Assembly: GCA_963920595.1 (NCBI GenBank)
Contig: OY986949.1
Coordinates: 3,534,001-3,598,000, forward strand
DNA from: Eimeria praecox
Taxonomy: Eukaryota
Direction: 5' to 3'
DNA length: 64,000 nt
Shown piece after piece: positions 27,130 to 40,243 of this stretch. Made by a program: the position numbers and the translations under genes. The stretch's first letter is position 1, and every line of letters begins with the position of its first letter. Under the pieces are notes generated by a model. The model was not told the DNA's origin. It was given only the letters and a program-made list of their open reading frames with translations, and searched no databases.

Positions 27130-30100
27130 ATGCATCTGCCCCAGAATGTCGCACTCTTCCCACAGACTCACGTCCCGCGCTTCCATCGACAACCTACTAA
27201 TTTATGCCTGTGGAATGCCCACACAAAAACAGCTTTGTCTATCCTCCGAACAAAACACACAAACACCTGTGGCAGCGTCCGTCCATGCACAGCAACCTGA
27301 TGCCCACACTCCAACACAACCAGCACCTGCCAAACCTCTCTCTCTCTCTGGGCAGAAGCCGCCTAATCTGCCACCTCCACAACACCCACTTGCTGCGGTG
27401 GCTAAACACCAACAAAAACGTAAGCCAGCGACCCTGTTAGGGGCAACCGTCTCTCCAAACCAACAGCCATAATCTATTCCCAAAACCACCAGCACGCCAC
27501 TATCTACCATGCATCTGCCCCAGAATGTCGCACTCTTCCCACAGACTCACGTCCCGCGCTTCCATCGACCAACCACTAATTTACGCCTGTGGAACGCCCC
27601 ACACAAAAACAGCTTTGTCTATCCTCCGAACAAAACACACAAACACCTGTGGCAGCGTCCGTCCATGTACAGCAACCTGATGCCCACACTCCAACACAAC
27701 CAGCACCTGTCAAACCTCTCTCTCTCTGCGCAGAAGCCGCCTGGCCTGCCACCTCCACAACACCCACTTGCTGCGGTGGCTAAACACCAACAAAAACGTA
27801 AGCCAGCGACCCTGTTAGGGGCAACCGTCTCTCCAAACCAACAGCCATAATCTATTCCCAAAACCACCAGCACGCCACTAGCTACCATGCATCTGCTCCA
27901 GAATAGCGCACTCTTCCCACAGACTCACGTTCCACGCTTCCATCGACCACCTACTAATTTACGCCTATGGAACGCCCCACACAAAAACAGCTTTGTCTAT
28001 CCTCCGAACAAAACACACAAACACCTGTTGAAGCGTCCGTCCATGCACAACAACCTGATGCCCACACTCCAACACAACCAGCACCTGCCAAACCTCTTTC
28101 TCTCTCTGCGCAGGACCCGACTAATCTGCCACCTCCGCAACACCCACTTGCTGCGGTGGCTAAACACCAACAAAAACGTAAGCCAGCGACCCTGCTAAGG
28201 GAATCCCTCGCTCCAAACCAACAGCCATAATCTAGTCCCAAAACCACCGGCACGCCACTAGCTACCATGCATCTGCCCCAGATTGTCGCACTCTTCCCAC
28301 AGACTCACGTCCCGCGCTTCCATCGACCAACCACTAATTTACGCCTGTGGAACGCCCCACACAAAAACACCTTTGTCTATCCTCCGAACAAAACACACAA
28401 ACACCTGTGGCGGCGTTCGTGCATGTACAACAACCTGATGCCCACACTCCAACACAACCAGCACCTGCCAAACCTCTCTCTCTCTGCGCAGAAGCCGCCT
28501 GGCCTGCCACCTCCACAATACCCACTTGCTGCGGTGGCTAAACACCAACAAAAACGTAAGCCAGCGACTTTGTTAACGGCAACCCTCCCTCCAAACCAAC
28601 AGCCATAATCTATTCCCCAAACCACCAGCACGCCACTAGCTACCATGCATCTGCCCCAGATTGTCGCACTCTTCCCACAGACTCACGTCCCGCGCTTCCA
28701 TCGACAACCTACTAATGTATGCCTGTGGAATGCCCACACAAAAACAGCTTTGTCTATCCTCCGAACAAAACACACAAACACCTGTGGCAGCGTCCGTCCA
28801 TGCACAGCAACCTGATGCCCACACTCCAACACAACCAGCACCTGCCAAACCTCTCTCTCTCTCTGGGCAGAAGCCGCCTAATCTGCCACCTCCACAACAC
28901 CCACTTGCTGCGGTGGCTAAACACCAACAAAAACGTAAGCCAGCGACCCTGTTAGGGGCAACCGTCTCTCCAAACCAACAGCCATAATCTATTCCCAAAA
29001 CCACCAGCACGCCACTATCTACCATGCATCTGCCCCAGAATGTCGCACTCTTCCCACAGACTCACGTCCCGCGCTTCCATCGACCAACCACTAATTTACG
29101 CCTGTGGAACGCCCCACACAAAAACAGCTTTGTCTATCCTCCGAACAAAACACACAAACACCTGTGGCAGCGTCCGTCCATGTACAGCAACCTGATGCCC
29201 ACACTCCAACACAACCAGCACCTGTCAAACCTCTCTCTCTCTGCGCAGAAGCCGCCTGGCCTGCCACCTCCACAACACCCACTTGCTGCGGTGGCTAAAC
29301 ACCAACAAAAACGTAAGCCAGCGACCCTGCTAAGGGAAACCCTCGCTCCAAACCAACAGCCATAATCTAGTCCCAAAACCACCGGCACGCCACTATCTAC
29401 CATGCATCTGCCCCAGAATAGCGCACTCTTCCCACAGACTCACGTCCCGCGCTTCCATCGACCAACCACTAATTTACGCCTATGGAACGCCCCACACAAA
29501 AACAGCTTTGTCTATCCTCCGAACAAAACACACAAACACCTGTGGCGGCGTTCGTGCATGCACAGCAACCTGATGCCCACACTCCAACACAACCAGCACC
29601 TGTCAAACCTCTCTCTCTCTCTGGGCAGAAGCCGCCTAATCTGCCACCTCCACAACACCCACTTGCTGCGGTGGCTAAACACCAACAAAAACGTAAGCCA
29701 GCGACCCTGCTAAGGGAAACCCTCGCTCCAAACCAACAGCCATAATCTATTCCCAAAACCACCGGCACGCCACTAGCTACCATGCATCTGCCCCAGATTG
29801 TCGCACTCTTCCCACAGACTCACGTCCCGCGCTTCCATCGACCAACCACTAATTTACGCCTGTGGAACGCCCCACACAAAAACACCTTTGTCTATCCTCC
29901 GAACAAAACACACAAACACCTGTGGCGGCGTCCGTCCATGCACAACAACCTGATGCCCACACTCCAACACAACCAGCACCTGCCAAACCTCTCTCTCTCT
30001 GCGCAGAAGCCGCCTGGCCTGCCACCTCCACAATACCCACTTGCTGCGGTGGCTAAACACCAACAAAAACGTAAGCCAGCGACTTTGTTAACGGCAACCC

Positions 30101-30159
30101 TCCCTCCAAACCAACAGCCATAATCTATTCCCCAAACCACCAGCACGCCACTAGCTACC
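27130..30159 (+). repeat. 4-monomer higher-order repeat, 1515-bp period, 2 copies (partly mosaic)
   Basis: Units 27130/28645 share the 379-bp GGAATGCCCACAC variant. Units 27509/29024 share CAGAATGTCG and TGTACAGC. Units 28267/29782 share AACACCTTTG and GCGACTTTG. Confidence 0.8.
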
Positions 30160-32435
30160 ATGCATCTGCCCCAGATTGTCGCACTCTTCCCACAGACTCA
30201 CGTCCCGCGCTTCCATCGACCAACCACTAATTTACGCCTATGGAACGCATCACACAAAAACAGCTTTGTCTATCCTCCGAACAAAACACACAAACACCTG
30301 TGGCAGCGTCCGTCCATGCACAACAACCTGATGCCCACACTCCAACACAACAAGCACCTGCCAAATCTCTCTCTCTCTCTGCGCAGGACCCGCCTAATCT
30401 GCCACCTCCACAACACCCACTTGCTGCGGTGGCTAAACACCAACAAAAACGTAAGCCAGCGACCCTGCTAAGGGAAACCCTCGCTCCAAACCAACAGCCA
30501 TAATCTAGTCCCAAAACCACCGGCACGCCACTATCTACCATGCATCTGCCCCAGATTGTCGCACTCTTCCCACAGACTCACGTCCCGCGCTTCCATCGAC
30601 CAACCACTAATTTACGCCTATGGAACGCCCCACACAAAAACAGCTTTGTCTATCCTCCGAACAAAACACACAAACACCTGTGGCGGCGTTCGTGCATGCA
30701 CAGCAACCTGATGCCCACACTCCAACACAACCAGCACCTGTCAAACCTCTCTCTCTCTCTGGGCAGAAGCCGCCTAATCTGCCACCTCCACAACACCCAC
30801 TTGCTGCGGTGGCTAAACACCAACAAAAACGTAAGCCAGCGGCTTTGTTAACGGCAACCGTCGCTCCAAACCAACAGCCATAATCTATTCCCAAAACCAC
30901 CGGCACGCCACTATCTACCATGCATCTGCCCCAGAATGTCGCACTCTTCCCACAGACTCACGTCCCGCGCTTCCATCGACCAACCACTAATTTACGCCTG
31001 TGGAACGCCCCACACAAAAACAGCTTTGTCTATCCTCCGAACAAAACACACAAACACCTGTGGCGGCGTTCGTGCATGCACAGCAACCTGATGCCCACAC
31101 TCCAACACAACCAGCACCTGCCAAACCTCTTTCTCTCTCTGCGCAGGACCCGACTAATCTGCCACCTCCGCAACACCCACTTGCTGCGGTGGCTAAACAC
31201 CAACAAAAACGTAAGCCAGCGACCCTGCTAAGGGAAACCCTCGCTCCAAACCAACAGCCATAATCTAGTCCCAAAACCACCGGCACGCCACTATCTACCA
31301 TGCATCTGCCCCAGATTGTCGCACTCTTCCCACAGACTCACGTCCCGCGCTTCCATCGACCAACCACTAATTTACGCCTGTGGAACGCCCCACACAAAAA
31401 CAGCTTTGTCTATCCTCCGAACAAAACACACAAACACCTGTGGCGGCGTTCGTGCATGCACAGCAACCTGATGCCCACACTCCAACACAACCAGCACCTG
31501 CCAAACCTCTCTCTCTCTGCGCAGAAGCCGCCTGGCCTGCCACCTCCACAACACCCACTTGCTGCGGTGGCTAAACACCAACAAAAACGTAAGCCAGCGA
31601 CCCCGTTAACGGAAACCCTCCCTCCAAACCAACAGCCATAATCTATTCCCAAAACCACCGGCACGCCACTAGCTACCATGCATCTGCCCCCGAATAGCGC
31701 ACTCTTCCCACAGACTCACGTCCCGCGCTTCCATCGACCAACCACTAATTTACGCCTGTGGAACGCCCCACACAAAAACACCTTTGTCTATCCTCCGAAC
31801 AAAACACACAAACACCTGTGGCGGCGTTCGTGCATGCACAGCAACCTGATGCCCACACTCCAACACAACCAGCACCTGTCAAACCTCTCTCTCTCTGCGC
31901 AGAAGCCGCCTGGCCTGCCACCTCCACAACACCCACTTGCTGCGGTGGCTAAACACCAACAAAAACGTAAGCCAGCGACCCCGTTAACGGAAACCCTCCC
32001 TCCAAACCAACAGCCATAATCTATTCCCAAAACCACCAGCACGCCACTAGCTACCATGCATCTGCCCCAGATTGTCGCACTCTTCCCACAGACTCACGTC
32101 CCGCGCTTCCATCGACCAACCACTAATTTACGCCTATGGAACGCATCACACAAAAACAGCTTTGTCTATCCTCCGAACAAAACACACAAACACCTGTGGC
32201 AGCGTCCGTCCATGCACAACAACCTGATGCCCACACTCCAACACAACAAGCACCTGCCAAACCTCTCTCTCTCTCTGCGCAGGACCCGCCTAATCTGCCA
32301 CCTCCGCAACACCCACTTGCTGCGGTTGCTGAAAACCAACAACAAAGTAAGCCAGCGACCCTGCTAAGGGAAACCGTCGCTCCAAACCAACAGCCATAAT
32401 CTATTCCCAAAACCACCGGCACGCCACTAGCTACC

Positions 32436-32659
32436 ATGCATCTGCCCCAGATTGTCGCACTCTTCCCACAGACTCACGTCCCGCGCTTCCATCGACAACC
32501 TACTAATTTATGCCCTGCCTGCCACCTCCACAACACCCACTTGCTGCGGTGGCTAAACACCAACAAAAACGTAAGCCAGCGACCCCGTTAACGGAAACCC
32601 TCCCTCCAAACCAACAGCCATAATCTATTCCCAAAACCACCAGCACGCCACTATCTACC
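32436..32659 (+). repeat. Internally deleted monomer (224 bp; ~154-156 bp missing)
   Basis: The sequence jumps from ...CTACTAATTTATGCC directly to CTGCCTGCCACCTCCACAAC at about 32514. Confidence 0.95.
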
Positions 32660-33037
32660 ATGCATCTGCCCCAGATTGTCGCACTCTTCCCACAGACTCA
32701 CGTCCCGCGCTTCCATCGACTAACCACTAATTTACGCCTATGGAACGCATCACACAAAAACAGCTTTGTCTATCCTCCGAACAAAACACACAAACACCTG
32801 TGGCAGCGTCCGTCCATGCACAACAACCTGATGCCCACACTCCAACACAACCAGCACCTGTCAAACCTCTCTCTCTCTGCGCAGAAGCCGCCTGGCCTGC
32901 CACCTCCACAATACCCACTTGCTGCGGTGGCTAAACACCAACAAAAACGTAAGCCAGCGACTTTGTTAACGCCAACCCTCCCTCCAAGCCAACAGCCATA
33001 ATCTATTCCCCAAACCACCAGCACGCCACTAGCTACC

Positions 33038-36000
33038 ATGCATCTGCCCCAGATTGTCGCACTCTTCCCACAGACTCACGTCCCGCGCTTCCATCGACCA
33101 ACCACTAATTTACGCCTATGGAACGCCCCACACAAAAACAGCTTTGTCTATCCTCCGAACAAAACACACAAACACCTGTGGCAGCGTCCGTCCATGCACA
33201 ACAACCTGATGCCCACACTCCAACACAACAAGCACCTGCCAAACCTCTCTCTCTCTCTGCGCAGGACCCGCCTAATCTGCCACCTCCGCAACACCCACTT
33301 GCTGCGGTTGCTGAAAACCAACAACAAAGTAAGCCAGCGACCCTGCTAAGGGAAACCGTCGCTCCAAGCCAACAGCCATAATCTATTCCCAAAACCACCG
33401 GCACGCCACTAGCTACCATGCATCTGCCCCAGATTGTCGCACTCTTCCCACAGACTCACGTCCCGCGCTTCCATCGACAACCTACTAATTTATGCCTATG
33501 GAACGCCCCACACAAAAACACCTTTGCCTATCCTCCGAACAAAACACACAAACACCTGTGGCAGCGTTCGTCCATGTACAACAACCTGATGCCCACACTC
33601 CAACACAACCAGCACCTGCCAAACCTCTCTCTCTCTCTGGGCAGAAGCCGCCTACCCTGGCACCTCCACAACACCCACTTGCTGCGGTGGCTAAACACCA
33701 ACAAAAACGTAAGCCAGCGACCCTGCTAAGGGAAACCCTCGCTCCAAACCAACAGCCATAATCTATTCCCAAAACCACCGGCACGCCACTAGCTACCATG
33801 CATCTGCCCCAGATTGTCGCACTCTTCCCACAGACTCACGTCCCGCGCTTCCATCGACCAACCACTAATTTACGCCTGTGGAACGCCCCACACAAAAACA
33901 CCTTTGTCTATCCTCCGAACAAAACACACAAACACCTGTGGCGGCGTTCGTGCATGCACAGCAACCTGATGCCCACACTCCAACACAACCAGCACCTGTC
34001 AAACCTCTCTCTCTCTGCGCAGAAGCCGCCTGGCCTGCCACCTCCACAACACCCACTTGCTGCGGTGGCTAAACACCAACAAAAACGTAAGCCAGCGGCT
34101 TTGTTAACGGCAACCCTCCCTCCAAACCAACAGCCATAATCTATTCCCAAAACCACCAGCACGCCACTAGCTACCATGCATCTGCCCCAGATTGTCGCAC
34201 TCTTCCCACAGACTCACGTCCCGCGCTTCCATCGACTAACCACTGATTTACGCCTATGGAACGCATCACACAAAAACAGCTTTGTCTATCCTCCGAACAA
34301 AACACACAAACACCTGTGGCAGCGTCCGTCCATGCACAACAACCTGATGCCCACACTCCAACACAACAAGCACCTGCCAAACCTCTCTCTCTCTCTGCGC
34401 AGGACCCGCCTAATCTGCCACCTCCGCAACACCCACTTGCTGCGGTTGCTGAAAACCAACAACAAAGTAAGCCAGCGACCCTGCTAAGGGAAACCGTCGC
34501 TCCAAACCAACAGCCATAATCTATTCCCAAAACCACCGGCACGCCACTATCTACCATGCATCTGCCCCAGATTGTCGCACTCTTCCCACAGACTCACGTC
34601 CCGCGCTTCCATCGACAACCTACTAATTTATGCCTATGGAACGCCCCACACAAAAACACCTTTGCCTATCCTCCGAACAAAACACACAAACACCTGTGGC
34701 AGCGTTCGTCCATGTACAACAACCTGATGCCCACACTCCAACACAACCAGCACCTGCCAAACCTCTCTCTCTCTCTGGGCAGAAGCCGCCTACCCTGGCA
34801 CCTCCACAACACCCACTTGCTGCGGTGGCTAAACACCAACAAAAACGTAAGCCAGCGACCCTGCTAAGGGAAACCCTCGCTCCAAACTAACAGCCATAAT
34901 CTATTCCCAAAACCACCGGCACGCCACTAGCTACCATGCATCTGCCCCAGATTGTCGCACTCTTCCCACAGACTCACGTCCCGCGCTTCCATCGACCAAC
35001 CACTAATTTACGCCTGTGGAACGCCCCACACAAAAACACCTTTGCCTATCCTCCGAACAAAACACACAAACACCTGTGGCGGCGTTCGTGCATGCACAGC
35101 AACCTGATGCCCACACTCCAACACAACCAGCACCTGTCAAACCTCTCTCTCTCTGCGCAGAAGCCGCCTGGCCTGCCACCTCCACAACACCCACTTGCTG
35201 CGGTGGCTAAACACCAACAAAAACGTAAGCCAGCGGCTTTGTTAACGGCAACCCTCCCTCCAAACCAACAGCCATAATCTATTCCCAAAACCACCAGCAC
35301 GCCACTAGCTACCATGCATCTGCCCCAGATTGTCGCACTCTTCCCACAGACTCACGTCCCGCGCTTCCATCGACTAACCACTAATTTACGCCTATGGAAC
35401 GCATCACACAAAAACAGCTTTGTCTATCCTCCGAACAAAACACACAAACACCTGTGGCAGCGTCCGTCCATGCACAACAACCTGATGCCCACACTCCAAC
35501 ACAACAAGCACCTGCCAAACCTCTCTCTCTCTCTGCGCAGGACCCGCCTAATCTGCCACCTCCGCAACACCCACTTGCTGCGGTTGCTGAAAACCAACAA
35601 CAAAGTAAGCCAGCGACCCTGCTAAGGGAAACCCTCGCTCCAAACCAACAGCCATAATCTATTCCCAAAACCACCGGCACGCCACTATCTACCATGCATC
35701 TGCCCCAGATTGTCGCACTCTTCCCACAGACTCACGTCCCGCGCTTCCATCGACAACCTACTAATTTATGCCTATGGAACGCCCCACACAAAAACACCTT
35801 TGCCTATCCTCCGAACAAAACACACAAACACCTGTGGCAGCGTTCGTCCATGTACAACAACCTGATGCCCACACTCCAACACAACCAGCACCTGCCAAAC
35901 CTCTCTCTCTCTCTGGGCAGAAGCCGCCTACCCTGGCACCTCCACAACACCCACTTGCTGCGGTGGCTAAACACCAAAAAAAACGTAAGCCAGCGACCCT

Positions 36001-36073
36001 GCTAAGGGAAACCGTCGCTCCAAACCAACAGCCATAATCTATTCCCAAAACCACCGGCACGCCACTATCTACC
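33038..36073 (+). repeat. 3-monomer higher-order repeat, 1138-bp period, ~2.7 copies
   Basis: Units 33418, 34556 and 35694 share CCTACCCTGGCACC. Units 33798 and 34936 match each other. Units 34176 and 35314 share CGACTAACC. Confidence 0.88.
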
Positions 36074-39000
36074 ATGCATCTGCCCCAGATTGTCGCACTC
36101 TTCCCACAGACTCACGTCCCGCGCTTCCATCGACCAACCACTAATTTACGCCTATGGAACGCCCCACACAAAAACAGCTTTGTCTATCCTCCGAACAAAA
36201 CACACAAACACCTGTGGCAGCGTCCGTCCATGCACAACAACCTGATGCCCACACTCCAACACAACCAGCACCTGCCAAACCTCTCTCTCTCTCTGGGCAG
36301 AAGCCGCCTAATCTGCCACCTCCACAACACCCACTTGCTGCGGTGGCTAAACACCAACAACAAAGTAAGCCAGCAACCCTGCTAAGGGAAACCGTCGCTC
36401 CAAACCAACAGCCATAATCTATTCCCAAAACCACCGGCACGCCACTAGCTACCATGCATCTGCCCCAGATTGTCGCACTCTTCCCACAGACTCACGTCCC
36501 GCGCTTCCATCGACAACCTACTAATTTATGCCTATGGAACGCCCCACACAAAAACACCTTTGCCTATCTTCCGAACAAAACACACAAACACCTGTGGCAG
36601 CGTTCGTCCATGCACAACAACCTGATGCCCACACTCCAACACAACCAGCACCTGCCAAACCTCTCTCTCTCTGCGCAGAAGCCGCCTAATCTGCCACCTC
36701 CACAACACCCACTTGCTGCGGTGGCTAAACACCAACAAAAACGTAAGCCAGCGACCCTGTTACGGGCAACTGTCGCTCCAAACCAACAGCCATAATCTAT
36801 TCCCCAAACCACCAGCACGCCACTAGCTACCATGCATCTGCCCCAGATTGTCGCACTCTTCCCACAGACTCACGTCCCGCGCTTCCATCGACCAACCACT
36901 AATTTACGCCTATGGAACGCCCCACACAAAAACAGCTTTGTCTATCCTCCGAACAAAACACAAAAACACCTGTGGCAGCGTCCATCCATGCACAACAACC
37001 TGATGCCCACACTCCAACACAACAAGCACCTGTCAAACCTCTCTCTCTCTCTGCGCAGGACCCGCCTAATCTGCCACCTCCACAACACCCACTTGCTGCG
37101 GTGGCTAAACACCAACAACAAAGTAAGCCAGCGACTCTGCTAAGGGAAACCGTCACTCCAAACCAACAGCCATAATCTATTCCCAAAACCACCGGCACGC
37201 CACTATCTACCATGCATCTGCCCCCGAATAGCGCACTCTTCCCACAGACTCACGTCCCGCGCTTCCATCGACAACCTACTAATTTATGCCTATGGAACGC
37301 CCCACACAAAAACACCTTTGCCTATCCTCCGAACAAAACACACAAACACCCGTGGCAGCGTTCGTCCATGTACAACAACCTGATGCCCACACTCCAACAC
37401 AACCAGCACCTGCCAAACCTCTCTCTCTCTCTGCGCAGGACCCGCCTAATCTGCCACCTCCACAACACCCACTTGCTGCGGTTGCTGAAAACCAACAACA
37501 AAGTATGCCAGCAACCCTGCTAAGGGAAACCCTCGCTCCAAACCAACAGCCATAATCTATTCCCAAAACCACCGGCACGCCACTATCTACCATGCATCTG
37601 CCCCAGATTGTCGCACTCTTCCCACAGACTCACGTCCCGCGCTTCCATCGACAACCTACTAATTTATGCCTATGGAACGCCCCACACAAAAACACCTTTG
37701 CCTATCCTCCGAACAAAACACAAAAACACCTGTGGCGGCGTTCGTGCATGCACAGCAACCTGATGCCCACACTCCAACACAACCAGCACCTGTCAAACCT
37801 CTCTCTCTCTCTGGGCAGAAGCCGCCTAATCTGCCACCTCCACAACACCCACTTGCTGCGGTGGCTAAACACCAACAAAAACGTAAGCCAGCGACCCTGC
37901 TAAGGGAAACCCTCGCTCCAAACCAACAGCCATAATCTAGTCCCAAAACCACCGGCACGCCACTAGCTACCATGCATCTGCCCCAGATTGTCGCACTCTT
38001 CCCACAGACTCACGTCCCGCGCTTCCATCGACGAACCACTTATTTACGCCTATGGAACGCATCACACAAAAACAGCTTTGTCTATCCTCCGAACAAAACA
38101 CACAAACACCTGTGGCGGCGTTCGTGCATGTACAACAACCTGATGCCCACACTCCAACACAACCAGCACCTGCCAAACCTCTCTCTCTGCCCAGAAGCCG
38201 CCTGGCCTGCCACCTCCACAATACCCACTTGCTGCGGTGGCTAAACACCAACAAAAACGTAAGCCAGCGACTTTGTTAACGGCAACCCTCCCTCCAAACC
38301 AACAGCCATAATCTATTCCCCAAACCACCAGTACGCCACTATCTACCATGCATCTGCCCCAGATTGTCGCACTCTTCCCACAGACTCACGTCCCGCGCTT
38401 CCATCGACCAACCACTAATTTACGCCTACGGAACGCCCCACACAAAAACAGCTTTGTCTATCCTCCGAACAAAACACACAAACACCTGTGGCAGCGTCCG
38501 TCCATGCACAACAACCTGATGCCCACACTCCAACACAACAAGCACCTGCCAAACCTCTCTCTCTCTCTGGGCAGAAGCCGCCTAATCTGCCACCTCCACA
38601 ACACCCACTTGCTGCGGTTGCTGAAAACCAACAACAAAGTAAGCCAGCAACCCTGCTAAGGGAAACCCTCGCTCCAAACCAACAGCCATAATCTATTCCC
38701 AAAACCACCGGCACGCCACTATCTACCATGCATCTGCCCCAGATTGTCGCACTCTTCCCACAGACTCACGTCCCGCGCTTCCATCGACAACCTACTAATT
38801 TATGCCTATGGAACGCCCCACACAAAAACACCTTTGCCTATCCTCCGAACAAAACACACAAACACCTGTGGCGGCGTTCGTGCATGCACAGCAACCTGAT
38901 GCCCACACTCCAACACAACCAGCACCTGCCAAACCTCTCTCTCTCTCTGCGCAGGACCCGCCTAATCTGCCACCTCCACAACACCCACTTGCTGCGGTTG

Positions 39001-40243
39001 CTGAAAACCAACAACAAAGTATGCCAGCAACCCTGCTAAGGGAAACCCTCGCTCCAAACCAACAGCCATAATCTATTCCCAAAACCACCGGCACGCCACT
39101 ATCTACCATGCATCTGCCCCAGATTGTCGCACTCTTCCCACAGACTCACGTCCCGCGCTTCCATCGACAACCTACTAATTTATGCCTATGGAACGCCCCA
39201 CACAAAAACACCTTTGCCTATCCTCCGAACAAAACACACAAACACCCGTGGCAGCGTTCGTCCATGTACAACAACCTGATGCCCACACTCCAACACAACC
39301 AGCACCTGCCAAACCTCTCTCTCTCTCTGGGCAGAGGCCGCCTAATCTGCCACCTCCACAACACCCACTTGCTGCGGTGGCTAAACACCAACAAAAACGT
39401 AAGCCAGCGACCCTGCTAAGGGAAACCCTCGCTCCAAACCAACAGCCATAATCTATTCCCAAACCCACCGGCACGCCACTATCTACCATGCATCTGCCCC
39501 AGATTGTCGCACTCTTCCCACAGACTCACGTCCCGCGCTTCCATCGACAACCTACTAATTTATGCCTATGGAACGCCCCACACAAAAACACCTTTGTCTA
39601 TCCTCCGAACAAAACACACAAACACCCGTGGCAGCGTTCGTCCATGTACAACAACCTGATGCCCACACTCCAACACAACCAGCACCTGTCAAACCTCTCT
39701 CTCTGCCCAGAAGCCGCCTGGCCTGCCACCTCCACAATACCCACTTGCTGCGGTGGCTAAACACCAAAAAAAACGTAAGCCAGCGACCCTGCTAAGGGAA
39801 ACCGTCGCTCCAAACCAACAGCCATAATCTATTCCCAAAACCACCGGCACGCCACTAGCTACCATGCATCTGCCCCAGATTGTCGCACTCTTCCCACAGA
39901 CTCACGTCCCGCGCTTCCATCGACCAACCACTTATTTACGCCTATGGAACGCATCACACAAAAACAGCTTTGTCTATCCTCCGAACAAAACACACAAACA
40001 CCTGTGGCAGCGTCCATCCATGCACAACAACCTGATGCCCACACTCCAACACAACAAGCACCTGCCAAACCTCTCTCTCTCTCTGCGCAGGACCCGCCTA
40101 ATCTGCCACCTCCACAACACCCACTTGCTGCGGTTGCTGAAAACCAACAACAAAGTAAGCCAGCAACCCTGCTAAGGGAAACCCTCGCTCCAAACCAACA
40201 GCCATAATCTATTCCCAAAACCACCGGCACGCCACTATCTACC

